In this document: positions 1 to 10,600 of the stretch, piece by piece
Numbering within the stretch: the stretch's first letter is position 1
How the letters are laid out: each line of letters opens with the position of its first letter
IMG/VR virus record: IMGVR_UViG_3300011116_000165
Location: 1 to 63,081 of that record
From: a virus
Taxonomy: Duplodnaviria; Caudoviricetes
DNA length: 63,081 bases
Reading direction: 5' to 3' (one strand)
The notes under the pieces: generated by a model
What the model was told of the DNA's origin: nothing
The model's input: the letters and a program-made list of their open reading frames with translations, nothing else
The model's database searches: none
Program-made: the position numbers and the translations under genes

Positions 1-127
1 CGTAGCACCAGCAGTTAAAGAGTTTTTGGCGGCTAACCCCAACGCACTTTCAACCACAACACCAACACGAAGCGGCGGGATGTTTGGTAACGTAGCTAAT
101 ATAAGCACGAATCTTTCCCCAGACACC
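1..127. repeat. Terminal overlap, identical to 62955-63081 (circular assembly)
   Basis: Exact 127-bp match at both ends, inside a reading frame that continues across the junction. Confidence 0.97.
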
Positions 128-1984
128 ACCGCAGCTTCTACATCGTCCGCAGCAGAGCCGTCCATAGTACGCGTTGCAGATCAAGCCACTGCACCCGCCG
201 CAGCCCCAAGGGGTGGAATGTTTGGTAACGTAGCTAATATAAGCACGAATCTTGGCGCAGCCCCAGCCGCAACAGGTCTGACGGCAAATGCAGCTAACCA
301 AGCAGCTACGGGTAATACTACGGCTGCAAATGCGCTAAGCAATGCTGGGGTGACTACCGCAGCCGCAGCCCCCGCCAACCAACAAGCGCTGGCCATTCAA
401 GCCGTGCAAAATGGAATAACTGCGGGTAAAAGCCCTGCTGAAATTGCTGCGGAAGTAAATACCCAGTACGGTAAAAACTTTACTGCACAAAATGTTCGGG
501 ATTTTGCGTTTGCTAACGGTTTGGAAGCAGTTACACCAGCGTTAACTACGGATCAATATGTCGCGCAAAACAAAATTCAAGAAGGCCAATTTGGCGGTTT
601 GGGTTCGTTAAACGCCCAACAGCAACAAGCATTAGCACTTGCCGAAGCTAAAAAAGGTATTGCCGCCGGACTTAGCGATGCCGACATTGCCAGAAATGTT
701 GATGCTAAATACGTAAAAGGGTTTACTACCCAAAACGTAACGGACTTTATTAAGGCCAATAAGCTGCGCCCAATAAACCAACCACCAAACTCCACAATTA
801 TTGGGGATGGGACAGGGGTGCTCACGGATACAGGCAAACTCCTACCCGTCTCAACGCTTACAGACGGCACACAAGTCGTAGTTAACCCAACACAAGTCGC
901 AACGACCGGAGTAACTGCCCCAACCGTACTGAACGAAGCCGCCCGAACTGCACTGCCAGTCGGTGTATCGGGCAACCAAACTGCGACGATCAACCCCAAC
1001 GGTACGGTGTCCATGAACACAGGCACACCTAATATGCCTGCTGGTGGCTATACAGGTATACAGAGCTTGCGCAATGCTTACACCAAAGGCGGCGGTAGCT
1101 TGGGTTACGCCCCTGCCGCGCCTAAGACAATGGCTGAGTTCAACCAAAAGTACAACACACTTAGCGGTGGCTCCAAGCAGGCTTATGACTACCTGATGGG
1201 TGGTGAATATTCGCCGACTCCGTACACAAAAACGGGTGAAGTGATGAAGCCTTACTCTGAGGCAGTGCTTGGTATACCGGGAGATGTAAGCAAGAAGCGT
1301 TATTTGTTTGACCCGGCAACTCGGTCGTACAAAACAAACCCTGACTACGTGCCTATAACGTATGACAGCAAGGGCAATAAACTTGTCGGTATATCCAATA
1401 AAGACGTTGCATCCTACGTAAATTCAAACAAAAATGCTGCTACTTCGGACTATCAAAAGTGGATGACTGACAACAATGTTTCCCTTGAGCAGCTTGCAGG
1501 GGCGTTGGGTATTTCTCTTGCAGATGCCAAAAAGCGGTTTGGCACAGGAACAACTACGGATACAACTGCTACGACAGGCGTAGCTTTTGATGCAGGGGGT
1601 AATAGAGTCGATGAACTTGGCAGGATAATCAAAGGCCCAGTTACTATCGCTAGTGGTGGTTTGGCTTCTATGGCTGGCGGCGGTATGTCGGCCCAATACG
1701 ATCTTGGCTCTTACTCCGATGGTGGTCGACTGCTTCGTGGCCCCGGCGATGGTGTGTCTGACTCTATCCCCGCTACGATTGGTAAGGGCAGGCCAGCACG
1801 TTTGGCCGACGGTGAATTCGTAGTACCGGCGCGTATTGTTTCCGAGATCGGCAACGGCTCTACTGAGGCCGGTGCACGTAAGTTGTACGCAATGATGGAC
1901 AGAGTTCAAGCTGCCCGACGTAAGTCAATTGGTAGAGGCAAGGTGGCTAAAAACACCCGTGCCGACAAATATCTTCCCGCATAA
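2..1984 (+). CDS. 3' part of a ~1032-aa internal virion/ejection protein starting at 61840
   Basis: In frame with the 61840 ORF (62980 = position 26; offset 380 codons); C-terminal YSDGG..GPGDGVSDSIPA..LADGEFVV domain. Confidence 0.8.
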   Translation, partial: VAPAVKEFLAANPNALSTTTPTRSGGMFGNVANISTNLSPDTTAASTSSAAEPSIVRVADQATAPAAAPRGGMFGNVANISTNLGAAPAATGLTANAANQAATGNTTAANALSNAGVTTAAAAPANQQALAIQAVQNGITAGKSPAEIAAEVNTQYGKNFTAQNVRDFAFANGLEAVTPALTTDQYVAQNKIQEGQFGGLGSLNAQQQQALALAEAKKGIAAGLSDADIARNVDAKYVKGFTTQNVTDFIKANKLRPINQPPNSTIIGDGTGVLTDTGKLLPVSTLTDGTQVVVNPTQVATTGVTAPTVLNEAARTALPVGVSGNQTATINPNGTVSMNTGTPNMPAGGYTGIQSLRNAYTKGGGSLGYAPAAPKTMAEFNQKYNTLSGGSKQAYDYLMGGEYSPTPYTKTGEVMKPYSEAVLGIPGDVSKKRYLFDPATRSYKTNPDYVPITYDSKGNKLVGISNKDVASYVNSNKNAATSDYQKWMTDNNVSLEQLAGALGISLADAKKRFGTGTTTDTTATTGVAFDAGGNRVDELGRIIKGPVTIASGGLASMAGGGMSAQYDLGSYSDGGRLLRGPGDGVSDSIPATIGKGRPARLADGEFVVPARIVSEIGNGSTEAGARKLYAMMDRVQAARRKSIGRGKVAKNTRADKYLPA

Positions 1985-1995
1985 GGAGCCGACAA

Positions 1996-3024
1996 ATGGC
2001 TGATACCCCAACCCAAGTCACACAAACGCAGTACGGTTTTGCACCGGAGATTGCCCCCTACGCCCAAGATATGTTGGGTCAGGCTGCGGCTTTGACCGAC
2101 ACGTCAATGAATCCGTACATGCAGTACCAAGGAGAGCGCGTTGCTCAGTTCTCTCCACTGCAACAACAGTCATACCAAGGTGCGGCACTTATGCAGGGCG
2201 CTCCTCAGTTGCAAGATGCGACTGCTATGGCTGGACAGGCGGGGCTCGGCGCACTAAATACTGGATACACATACAACCCCTATCAAGCGCAATCGTTCAC
2301 ATCGCCGGGCACTGCTCAGGCGTACATGAACCCGTACATGCAGCAGGTGGCGGATATCCAAAAGCGCGAAGCCCAGCGGCAATCAGGTATCCAAGGCACC
2401 CAGCAGCAAGCCCAAGCAACCCAAGCCGGAGCATTCGGTGGAGGCCGCGATGCCATTATGCGGGCAGAACGAGAGCGCAATCTTGGTACGCAGATGAACG
2501 ATATCCAAGCGCAGGCTTCCAACCAAGCCTATCAACAGGGTATGGGCCAGTTCAATGCAGAACAACAGGCTACACAAAACGCAGCGCAGCTTAATGCCCA
2601 GCAAGGTCAGTTTGGCGCTGGACTTGGGCTACAGGCGCTACAAACAGCCAACACGGCTGCACAAAATCTGGGCAACTTGGGTAATCTCCAATACAACCAG
2701 AACATGGGCATCAATCAGTTGCAGAACCAATACGGTGGTCAGCAGCAGGCCCAAGTGCAACAAGACTTGACAAACAAGTACAACGACTTCCAAAGCTTCC
2801 AGAACTACCCATACAAACAGTTGGGCTTCATGTCTGACATTATTCGTGGCGCACCCCTTACGCAAACGGGCTCTTCTCTGTACACTGCTGCTCCAAGTAC
2901 TGCACAAAATATTGCATCGTTGGGTCTTGGTGCTGCTGGTATTGCCAAGGTTGCAGGTATGGCTCACGGTGGTATGACTCGCTCCGGTGGATTGGGCGCA
3001 CTAGCATTACATTCTTTGGGGTAA
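1996..3024 (+). CDS. Gln-rich putative DNA ejection/pilot protein
   Basis: SD AGGAG; Q/A-rich helical protein with GAFGGGR motif; within the internal-protein cluster. Confidence 0.7.
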   Translation: MADTPTQVTQTQYGFAPEIAPYAQDMLGQAAALTDTSMNPYMQYQGERVAQFSPLQQQSYQGAALMQGAPQLQDATAMAGQAGLGALNTGYTYNPYQAQSFTSPGTAQAYMNPYMQQVADIQKREAQRQSGIQGTQQQAQATQAGAFGGGRDAIMRAERERNLGTQMNDIQAQASNQAYQQGMGQFNAEQQATQNAAQLNAQQGQFGAGLGLQALQTANTAAQNLGNLGNLQYNQNMGINQLQNQYGGQQQAQVQQDLTNKYNDFQSFQNYPYKQLGFMSDIIRGAPLTQTGSSLYTAAPSTAQNIASLGLGAAGIAKVAGMAHGGMTRSGGLGALALHSLG

Positions 3025-3027
3025 CAC

Positions 3028-4614
3028 ATGATTGACCAAGCCTCAGTTTTTGCCGAGCGGTACAAAGGTCGTCCGCAGATTCTTCAAGCCACAGTTTTAG
3101 GGCAGGGCGGTGATCCAAACCTAGACCCCTATACGGCACTGCGTGCTCTCCAGCTAATCAAAGAATCTAACCGGATGGAGATGGCTCGTCAGGCTCAGCA
3201 GCCTACGTCGGCCCCGTCCCTTTTGTCCGATGCAATGGCCCCTGTCCAACCCCCGGCTATGCCGATGGGCGCTCCCGTAGCTCAAGGCCAACCCCCACAA
3301 GGTATGCCCCCACAAAGGCCCATGCCCCAAGGTATGCCCCAAGGCCCAGCGCCTCAAGCTCCTGTTATGCAGGCATCCGGTGGTCTGGCTGGTATGCACG
3401 TCCCTGAAGAACACTACGCAGGTGGTGGAATTCTTGCGTTTGCAGATGAAGGACTTGTAGACTCCGACGCAGAGCCTAGAAGCGCGGATGCTTCTGACTC
3501 AAGCAGGCTGGCTGAGCAGTATCGTTTGTACGGCGAAGGAAAGTTAGACGATGGCGAAGATACAGGGGATGATGGCAGTCCGGCTGACCAAGCTCGTTTT
3601 AACCGTTTGGCTACGAAGAAATTGGAAGCTCTTGCGAAGTACGACCCCAAGGAAATGAGCGCAGCAGACCAAAGACAATTTATTTCTGACTACATTACGC
3701 GGGCAAGACAATCGGCGGGCCCGGATATTTATGCCCCTGCGCAAGCCGATCAATCTGCGAGGGAAGAGGCACGTAAGTCCAATATGGGCCAGATGAGCGG
3801 TTTGGCTTTACTTCAAGCTGCCGGTGCTGTGCTTAAAGGGCGCAATTTAGCTGAGGGTGCTAGTAACGCAGCCCCTGCTTACGCTACTGCTATGAACGAA
3901 GCCATGCGTGCCGATCAAGCTGAGAAACGCTCTATTGAACAAATGAATTTTAGCCTTGCTGATGCACAACGCAAAGAACGCCAAGGGTATCACCGTGACG
4001 CTAATGCAGCGTTGGGAGAAGCGCGTAAGTTCCAAGCGGATGCAAACAAAGCTAAGTTTGATAGAGACAAAGCTTTGGCAGAAATTGCGGTCAGGGGTTC
4101 GGCTGCAAACCGACCACTGCGTTCCGGTGCTGGTGCAGGTGGCGGGACTAAACTGGCTGAGCAGTTGGCTGCGGCAGAAATTGCGTACGAAAAAGACCCA
4201 AGCAAAGAAAACTTGCAGACGGTCAAAGGGTTGCGTGCGGCTGCAAGCCAGATGCGCTCCATGACTTCTACATCCAATATCACTAGCGAGTCTGGGCCGG
4301 TTAAAGCGGGCACTAGCTTGACTACGGGTACTGCTCCAGTACAAGAAAAAGTGGATGCAGCAGTTTCTGCGGCAATGAAAACCTTTGGTAATTTAGATCC
4401 CGCATACCGTAAAGCCAAGCGGACTGGTAATACTACTGAAGCAGCACGTCTTTGGAGCGAAGAAGAAGCACGGCAACGGGCTATATTTAGAAACACTGAG
4501 GGCGTAACGCAGAATCCGCTCCCTGCTCCTATTACAAATACACGAGGAACTACGTCGGCCCCCCGCACTTCTGTTCCTCCTCCCCCTCCCGGCTTTAATT
4601 TAAATACACGTTAA
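3028..4614 (+). CDS. Putative internal virion (ejection) protein
   Basis: 528 aa; Pro/Gln linker, ASGG/YAGGG motifs, coiled-coil; operon context. Confidence 0.65.
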   Translation: MIDQASVFAERYKGRPQILQATVLGQGGDPNLDPYTALRALQLIKESNRMEMARQAQQPTSAPSLLSDAMAPVQPPAMPMGAPVAQGQPPQGMPPQRPMPQGMPQGPAPQAPVMQASGGLAGMHVPEEHYAGGGILAFADEGLVDSDAEPRSADASDSSRLAEQYRLYGEGKLDDGEDTGDDGSPADQARFNRLATKKLEALAKYDPKEMSAADQRQFISDYITRARQSAGPDIYAPAQADQSAREEARKSNMGQMSGLALLQAAGAVLKGRNLAEGASNAAPAYATAMNEAMRADQAEKRSIEQMNFSLADAQRKERQGYHRDANAALGEARKFQADANKAKFDRDKALAEIAVRGSAANRPLRSGAGAGGGTKLAEQLAAAEIAYEKDPSKENLQTVKGLRAAASQMRSMTSTSNITSESGPVKAGTSLTTGTAPVQEKVDAAVSAAMKTFGNLDPAYRKAKRTGNTTEAARLWSEEEARQRAIFRNTEGVTQNPLPAPITNTRGTTSAPRTSVPPPPPGFNLNTR

Positions 4615-4616
4615 AC

Positions 4617-7600
4617 ATGGCGCTCCAAACAGCTACCAATCCCCAGACGGGGGAAAGTGTTGCCTTGGTTAACGGTAATTGGCAGCCAATTGCACAGACA
4701 GCTACGAACCCCCAAACAGGTGAACGTGTTGGACTGATTGGCAACGAGTGGATACCTCTCCCCGGCGCTGCTCCCAAGCCTGTTACGCCGACTGCAAAGC
4801 CTGCGTCTGATGATTTTGACTTTGGTTCTCCAATGGGAACTGGTGCAGAAGAGATCATGGCGCAAGCCAATAAACCAAAAAAAGTTTATACGGGTAGTGT
4901 GTTTGATACGCAGCCGTTTAACCCCCCTGCCAACCCCCCATTTAACCCAGTAGAAGCACAAGCAGTACCCGAGCGCCGGGTTCAAGAAATGCGGGCAACC
5001 CCCAAAAGTGTGTTTGAGCGGTCGGCACTAAAGGCTGCTGGGGACACTACGATTGGTATTTTGCAAGGCATGGTGTCAATACCAAAAAGCATTGTAGATA
5101 ACATCCCGTTCGACAACCCCCTATCGCAGTTCTACAAAGATGCGTATAAAGCCGGGGAAGAATCAAAGTCGGGGTATTTGCGTTCTAAAAATGTAGAGCG
5201 CAGCGCCAACTTAGAAAACATACGTAAAAACCAAGGGGAGTTAGCGGCTACCCGCGCTTCTTTTAACACTATGTTTAGCCCTACGGGCGCGGATATTGTT
5301 GCCCAAGGCGCTGGGTCTTTAGTCCCGCTTATGGGCCTAAGCGTGCTTGATTTTGGCGCTAAGTCAATGACGGCAATGAACGTATTGGCAAATGCTGGCG
5401 ATGCGGCTCAGCAAACTGCGGCAAAGATGGCAGACCTAAGCCCTGAACAGTGGAGCAATAGTGCTGCGTACCAAGCATTACGTGAGAAAGGGCTAGACCA
5501 CAAAGACGCAGTGCGTATGCTCGCACCGTTGTATGCACTGCCTGCCCAAGTTGTTGCCGGTATTACTGGGAAAATTTCTGGGTCTACTGGTTTAGAAAAA
5601 GCTTTGGTCAAAGGGGGAGCAAAAACAGCCCGTGCCCGTGCTGGCCGAGCCGGAGCCGAACTTTTGGGCGAAGAGTTTGAAAGCCTTGCCCCCGAACTTA
5701 CCGGGAATGTCACTCAACGTCTGTTGGACGACAAAGCCTCCTTGCTTGATGGGCTTGGGCAGACTGCGGTAGAAACTCTTTTTGGGACATTGCCCGGAGC
5801 AGGATTAGCGGCGGCGGCGAGTAAGGGACAAGGTAAACAAACAGCCGAAGCACCCGCAACCCCTAGCGCACCCCCCGTTGCGCAAACTGAAGCCCCAGTT
5901 GCGCCTACGCCCCCGGAAACACCCGCACCCCCTAGCGCACCCCCCGTTGCGCCGCCCGCACCACCCGTTGCGCCGCCCGCACCCCCCGTTGCACCACCCA
6001 CTGCCCTCTCTGAAGTTAAAGTAGATGAAGCAGCGGCGGCTAGACGCGACCGTATCAATGCAGCTACTGAGCAGCTTGAGCAAATGGGTATCCCTACGGA
6101 CAACGCTAAAGGGATTGCTACTCGGCAAGTAGACGCTGCACTTACGGCTGAGGCAAAGACTGCCGCAATCAAAATACCGGAAGGCCGTGTAGAAGAAATT
6201 ACACAGGACTTGATTTCTGCTGGGGTAGCACCACAACAAGCAGCTATTGATGCAAAAAACCTAGCACAGGCGGAAGCAGAAGCCGATGCTAAAGCAGAAA
6301 CAGAAGGAGCCCAAGATGTTACAAGACCTAACGCGGAGCCAGATAGAGCAGGCGTTCCAGTGGCTGGAGAAGCCGCCCCCGCTCCAAGCACCACCGGAGA
6401 ACCTACAGCAGTTGAACGAGATGGAGTGGTTCCTGCTGAGCAGAATGTTGGAGAACCTGTTGCAGGAGAAATCGTTAAGCCGACTACAGTAGCAGCGGAA
6501 GAAAAAAGCCGCGAACTGCACGATAAAGCAAGTAGCCTTATTAAAGCAAAAGCAAGCCAAGAAGAAATTAGTGCTGCTATTGAAGAAGCTACAGCCTTTG
6601 ATGCTGAAAACAAAGTTGGACTTTCCGTTCCTCTTGAGTCTGCCGCAAAAGCTGCCCCTACCGAAATTACCACTAAAACAGAAGGAACCCCAAGTGCCAC
6701 TGAAACCATTGAAACCCAGCAAACAGAAACGCAAGGACAAGAAGCACCAGCAGCCGCAGGAGTAGCTCCAGCCAAGCGCGGACGCCCAGCAGTCCAGCAA
6801 ACTCACGTTGTTGCAGCAAACCCAGAGGGTGGGTTTAATCACGTTTCTAGTGGTGAAGTAGTTGCGACCTACGCAAATAAGAAGCAAGCGACTGCGGCAG
6901 TTGATTTGGCCAAGGCACAGGATAAGGGCGATGCCGCGCTTATCGCCAAGAACCAAACTAGGTTAGATGCAGCATTGGCTTCGCAGGGGCGTGGCCGACC
7001 AGCAGGCACTAAGACTGAGGGTGGGACTAAGAGAATTACCGCAACGGTAAAAGCAGACCTTGCAGATTTAGATTCGGCACTTGAAACTTACAACTCCCCT
7101 GATTCGAGCGATAAAAAAGTTAGGGAATCGGCGGAGTACATATACGAAGTTGCCAATGACGTGGGTGAATCCGATGTAGTGCGTAACCACGCGCAACAAA
7201 TGATAGACGATCAGATCGCCGAGGAACATATACCCAGCGGGGCTAAGCCCAGCGCGTCAACGGCAAAGATTAAAGCTGCTTTGGCTGCTACTGGTAAGCG
7301 TGCGCTACCGTCTAAATTCACCAATGCACCAGCAAATACTGATTTTGGTAAAGTAACCAATGCTTCTGAAGCGGTGGGGCTTGTCGTTAAAACAGGCACG
7401 TTGTTCCAAAAGTTTGTTGCCCAGCGTTTGCGGAGTAGCGTAGTCGGCATAAAGTTTGTAGTGTTGGAGAAAGGGGACGCTATCCCCGATGAAATGGATA
7501 ACGCTCGTGGTTTGTTTGAGTACAACCCCGGTACCAACAAACATGTTATCTATGTTCGCGGTGCAAGTTTTGGCGATATGCAGGGCATCAACAATGTCAC

Positions 7601-10600
7601 TGTTTTGCATGAGCTACTACATGCAGCTACGGCTAGGCGAATAGAAGCAGGTTTATCGGGTGGCCCTAAAAACGTCCAACTTACAAAATTCATGGACGAG
7701 ATGCAGACCCTAATGAAAAGGGTCGAAGCTGCGTATGAGTCGGGTGTACGTAGAGGTATTATTTCCGCTGAACTCCAAGACTTGGTTGAAGCCGACGCAG
7801 AAAATACAAAGTACGACGAAAACGATAACCCTAAGTTTGAAATCTTTAACTCGCCGCATGAGTTCCTAGCCTATGGCATGTCCTCAGATGAGTTCCAGCG
7901 TTTCCTTATGCGGATTAAAGGTACTCGTACATCAGAAACTGGGTTCACTAAGTTTGTCACTAGCATCCGCGATTTGTTTGGCGTGAAATCAAGTGAAGCA
8001 ACCGCTTTCACCGACTTGGTAAATATTACTGACGATGTTTTAAACACAACCGCAGGTGTTGCCCCTACGCAAAGGCAAGCGTTCCAACAGAAGAAAAAGT
8101 TTAAACCCCCAGTCTTTGATGAAAAAGAAGACATACGGGCTCGGCGCTCGGCCAAAAAGCTGGCTCGGGATACGAAAATTGCTAAAGCTAAAGTGGCTAC
8201 TTCCCGTGAGGGCAACATTGGTGAAGCTACCGAAGAAATGCAGGGGGCGCGTGATCCTAGCGAGGCCACAAATATACTTGCAAGGTTCTGGACTTGGGCT
8301 GATTACTGGGCAAAAGAACAGTTGGTGAAGCTGCCTACGTTTGATGTATTGGCTAAGCTGGCTGCGGATAAGGGTGTACCGGCTCTGATGCAGGTAGATA
8401 CGCAGCTTGGACAAATGCTGGGCATGTCGCAGAAGTTTTTGGGCGGTGCAAACCAAATGATTGACATGCTAAAGCGTGGGTTTAAAGAAGACTCTAGCCT
8501 TAGCCGCACAAAGTTTGAAGATTTTGTGTACGCAACTACGCTTGCAGAAATTGATCCGTCTGATCCCAATGCAGTAGAGCGCAGTAAAGACCTCGACAAA
8601 GATTACAAAGCGTTGGGTGCAGTAGGTCAGCGTATGTACAAGCAATTGAAGTCGTACTACGAATCAATCATTGAGTTGTACTCTGACCTTTTGGATGCGC
8701 AGATCAACAACATTCAAGGTATGTCCCCGGAGGAGAAGAGCAACCTGATGCTTGTGCTTCGTAAGACATTTGAGGCCAAAGCCCGTATCACTCCTTTCTT
8801 CCCCTTGGTTCGCCGAGGCGATTACTGGCTGGCTATTGGCGAAGGTGCGGAGCGTCAGTTCTACCTGTTTGAAAGTCGTTTTGACCGAAATAACAAGGCA
8901 AAAGAACTTGCTGCTCGCCAAGGCGACAGCTTAGAAGACTTGCTGTTCCAGCAAAAATTTGAACAAGGCAATGACCTCGGCAGCTTGCGTGCGGCATCTA
9001 AAGACTCCAGCGCCATGCTCAAGCAAGTGTTTGAAGCAATCGACAAAATGGAGTTTGGCGGTGCGGACTCTAACGCTGCTAAAGCTAAAGAAGGCTTAAA
9101 GGATGCGGTGTACCAAGTCTACTTAACCACCATGCCAGAGCAAAGTTTCCGTCGGCAGTTTACACATCGTAAGGGCCGTACAGGTTTTAGTACAGACCTT
9201 CAGCAGAACATTGCTACCACTGCATCCAAGCAGGCTATTCAATTGTCTCGGTTGAAGTACGCGCCCGTACTACGTAACGCTTTATCCCAAGCAAAAGACT
9301 CTATCCGTGAGCGTGAGGAGCTATCTCCTTTCGTGCAGGAAGCTGAAAAGCGTATCAATTTGGCCCTGTCTGGTCAGAGCGGTGGGCTTGGCGAAGCTGT
9401 TGCTGGGGTAGCAAACAAGGCCTCATACTTCTGGTACCTGTCCGGTGTATCTTCTGCACTAATCCAGCCTGCCAGTGTGTTTATATCGGGACTCCCAATA
9501 CTTGCAGCGAACCATAACAACGCAGCCGGTGCAGGTCTTGAGCTTGCCAAGATGGCTACACTGGTAAACCAATACAGCGTGTACCGTAAAAACATTGACG
9601 GCACTACATCTCTTGTTGCGCCTAGCCTAGCCAATAATAAATCCCTCCCTGCGGATGAGCGCAAGGCTATAAGTGAGATGGTGTCTCGCGGGGTAACTCA
9701 GTCTACCTATGCCTCTTTGGTGTGGGGCTACAAGAGCATGAGTACTGAAGCAAATGAAGGCGTACGGGGTAAGGGTAAACGGCTAGCTAACTTGATGGTC
9801 GGCGCACTGATGCACAACACGGAGCGTCTAAGCCGGGAGGCGGTGTACTTAGCTTCGTATAGGTTAGGTCGCAAACGTGGGCTTTCTTATGAAGAAGCTG
9901 TACAGCAAGCGGCTGACGATACCAACGAAGCACTTGGTAACTATGACATTACAAACCGCCCACGCTATATGCAACAGGGTTTGGGCAAAGTAGCGTTTCA
10001 GTTCAAGATGTATCCGTTGCAAATGACTTTGCTGCTGCTGACCAACTTCAAGAAAATGCTGCCCTATTTAAATAAAGAAGGCAAAAAAGAAGCGGCGACT
10101 AAATTCTTCGGCATGATGGGTACATCGTTCCTTGCTGGCGGCGCAGCAAACATGGCGCTCTTCAGTCCCATTATGGGACTACTTGGCTGGGCGTGGAACG
10201 CAATGGGTAAAGATGATGATTGGCCAGAAGAACTTAAATCCCTTAGCTTTGAAACTTGGTTTAAGACTGTTTTCTTGCCTGAAAAACTGGGTGATGTTTC
10301 CATTGGTGGAGTACCTTTAAGCGACTTAGTAGAACGTGGCCCATTAAACGCAATCACTGGTTTAGAAATTGCTTCTCGTATTGGCCTTAATGATTTGTGG
10401 GGCCGGGATAGCAAAGAAACTAAAACTTCCAGAGATAGCGCAATTGCATTTATGCTTGATCGTTTTGGCGGGCCGACTGCTAGCCTAGGGCTTTCCTTTG
10501 CCGACGCTTACGATGCTTACGCTATGGGTGACTACCAAAAGATGACGGAGAAGTTGCTTCCCGCTGCCCTGCGCAATCTTGTTGTAACTAACCGCATGGC

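Noticed and set aside
5714-6956. Long antisense ORFs (also 49674-50471 and similar)
   Set aside because: Shadows of Ala/Pro/Thr-rich or repetitive sense genes, with no SD or recognisable motifs.
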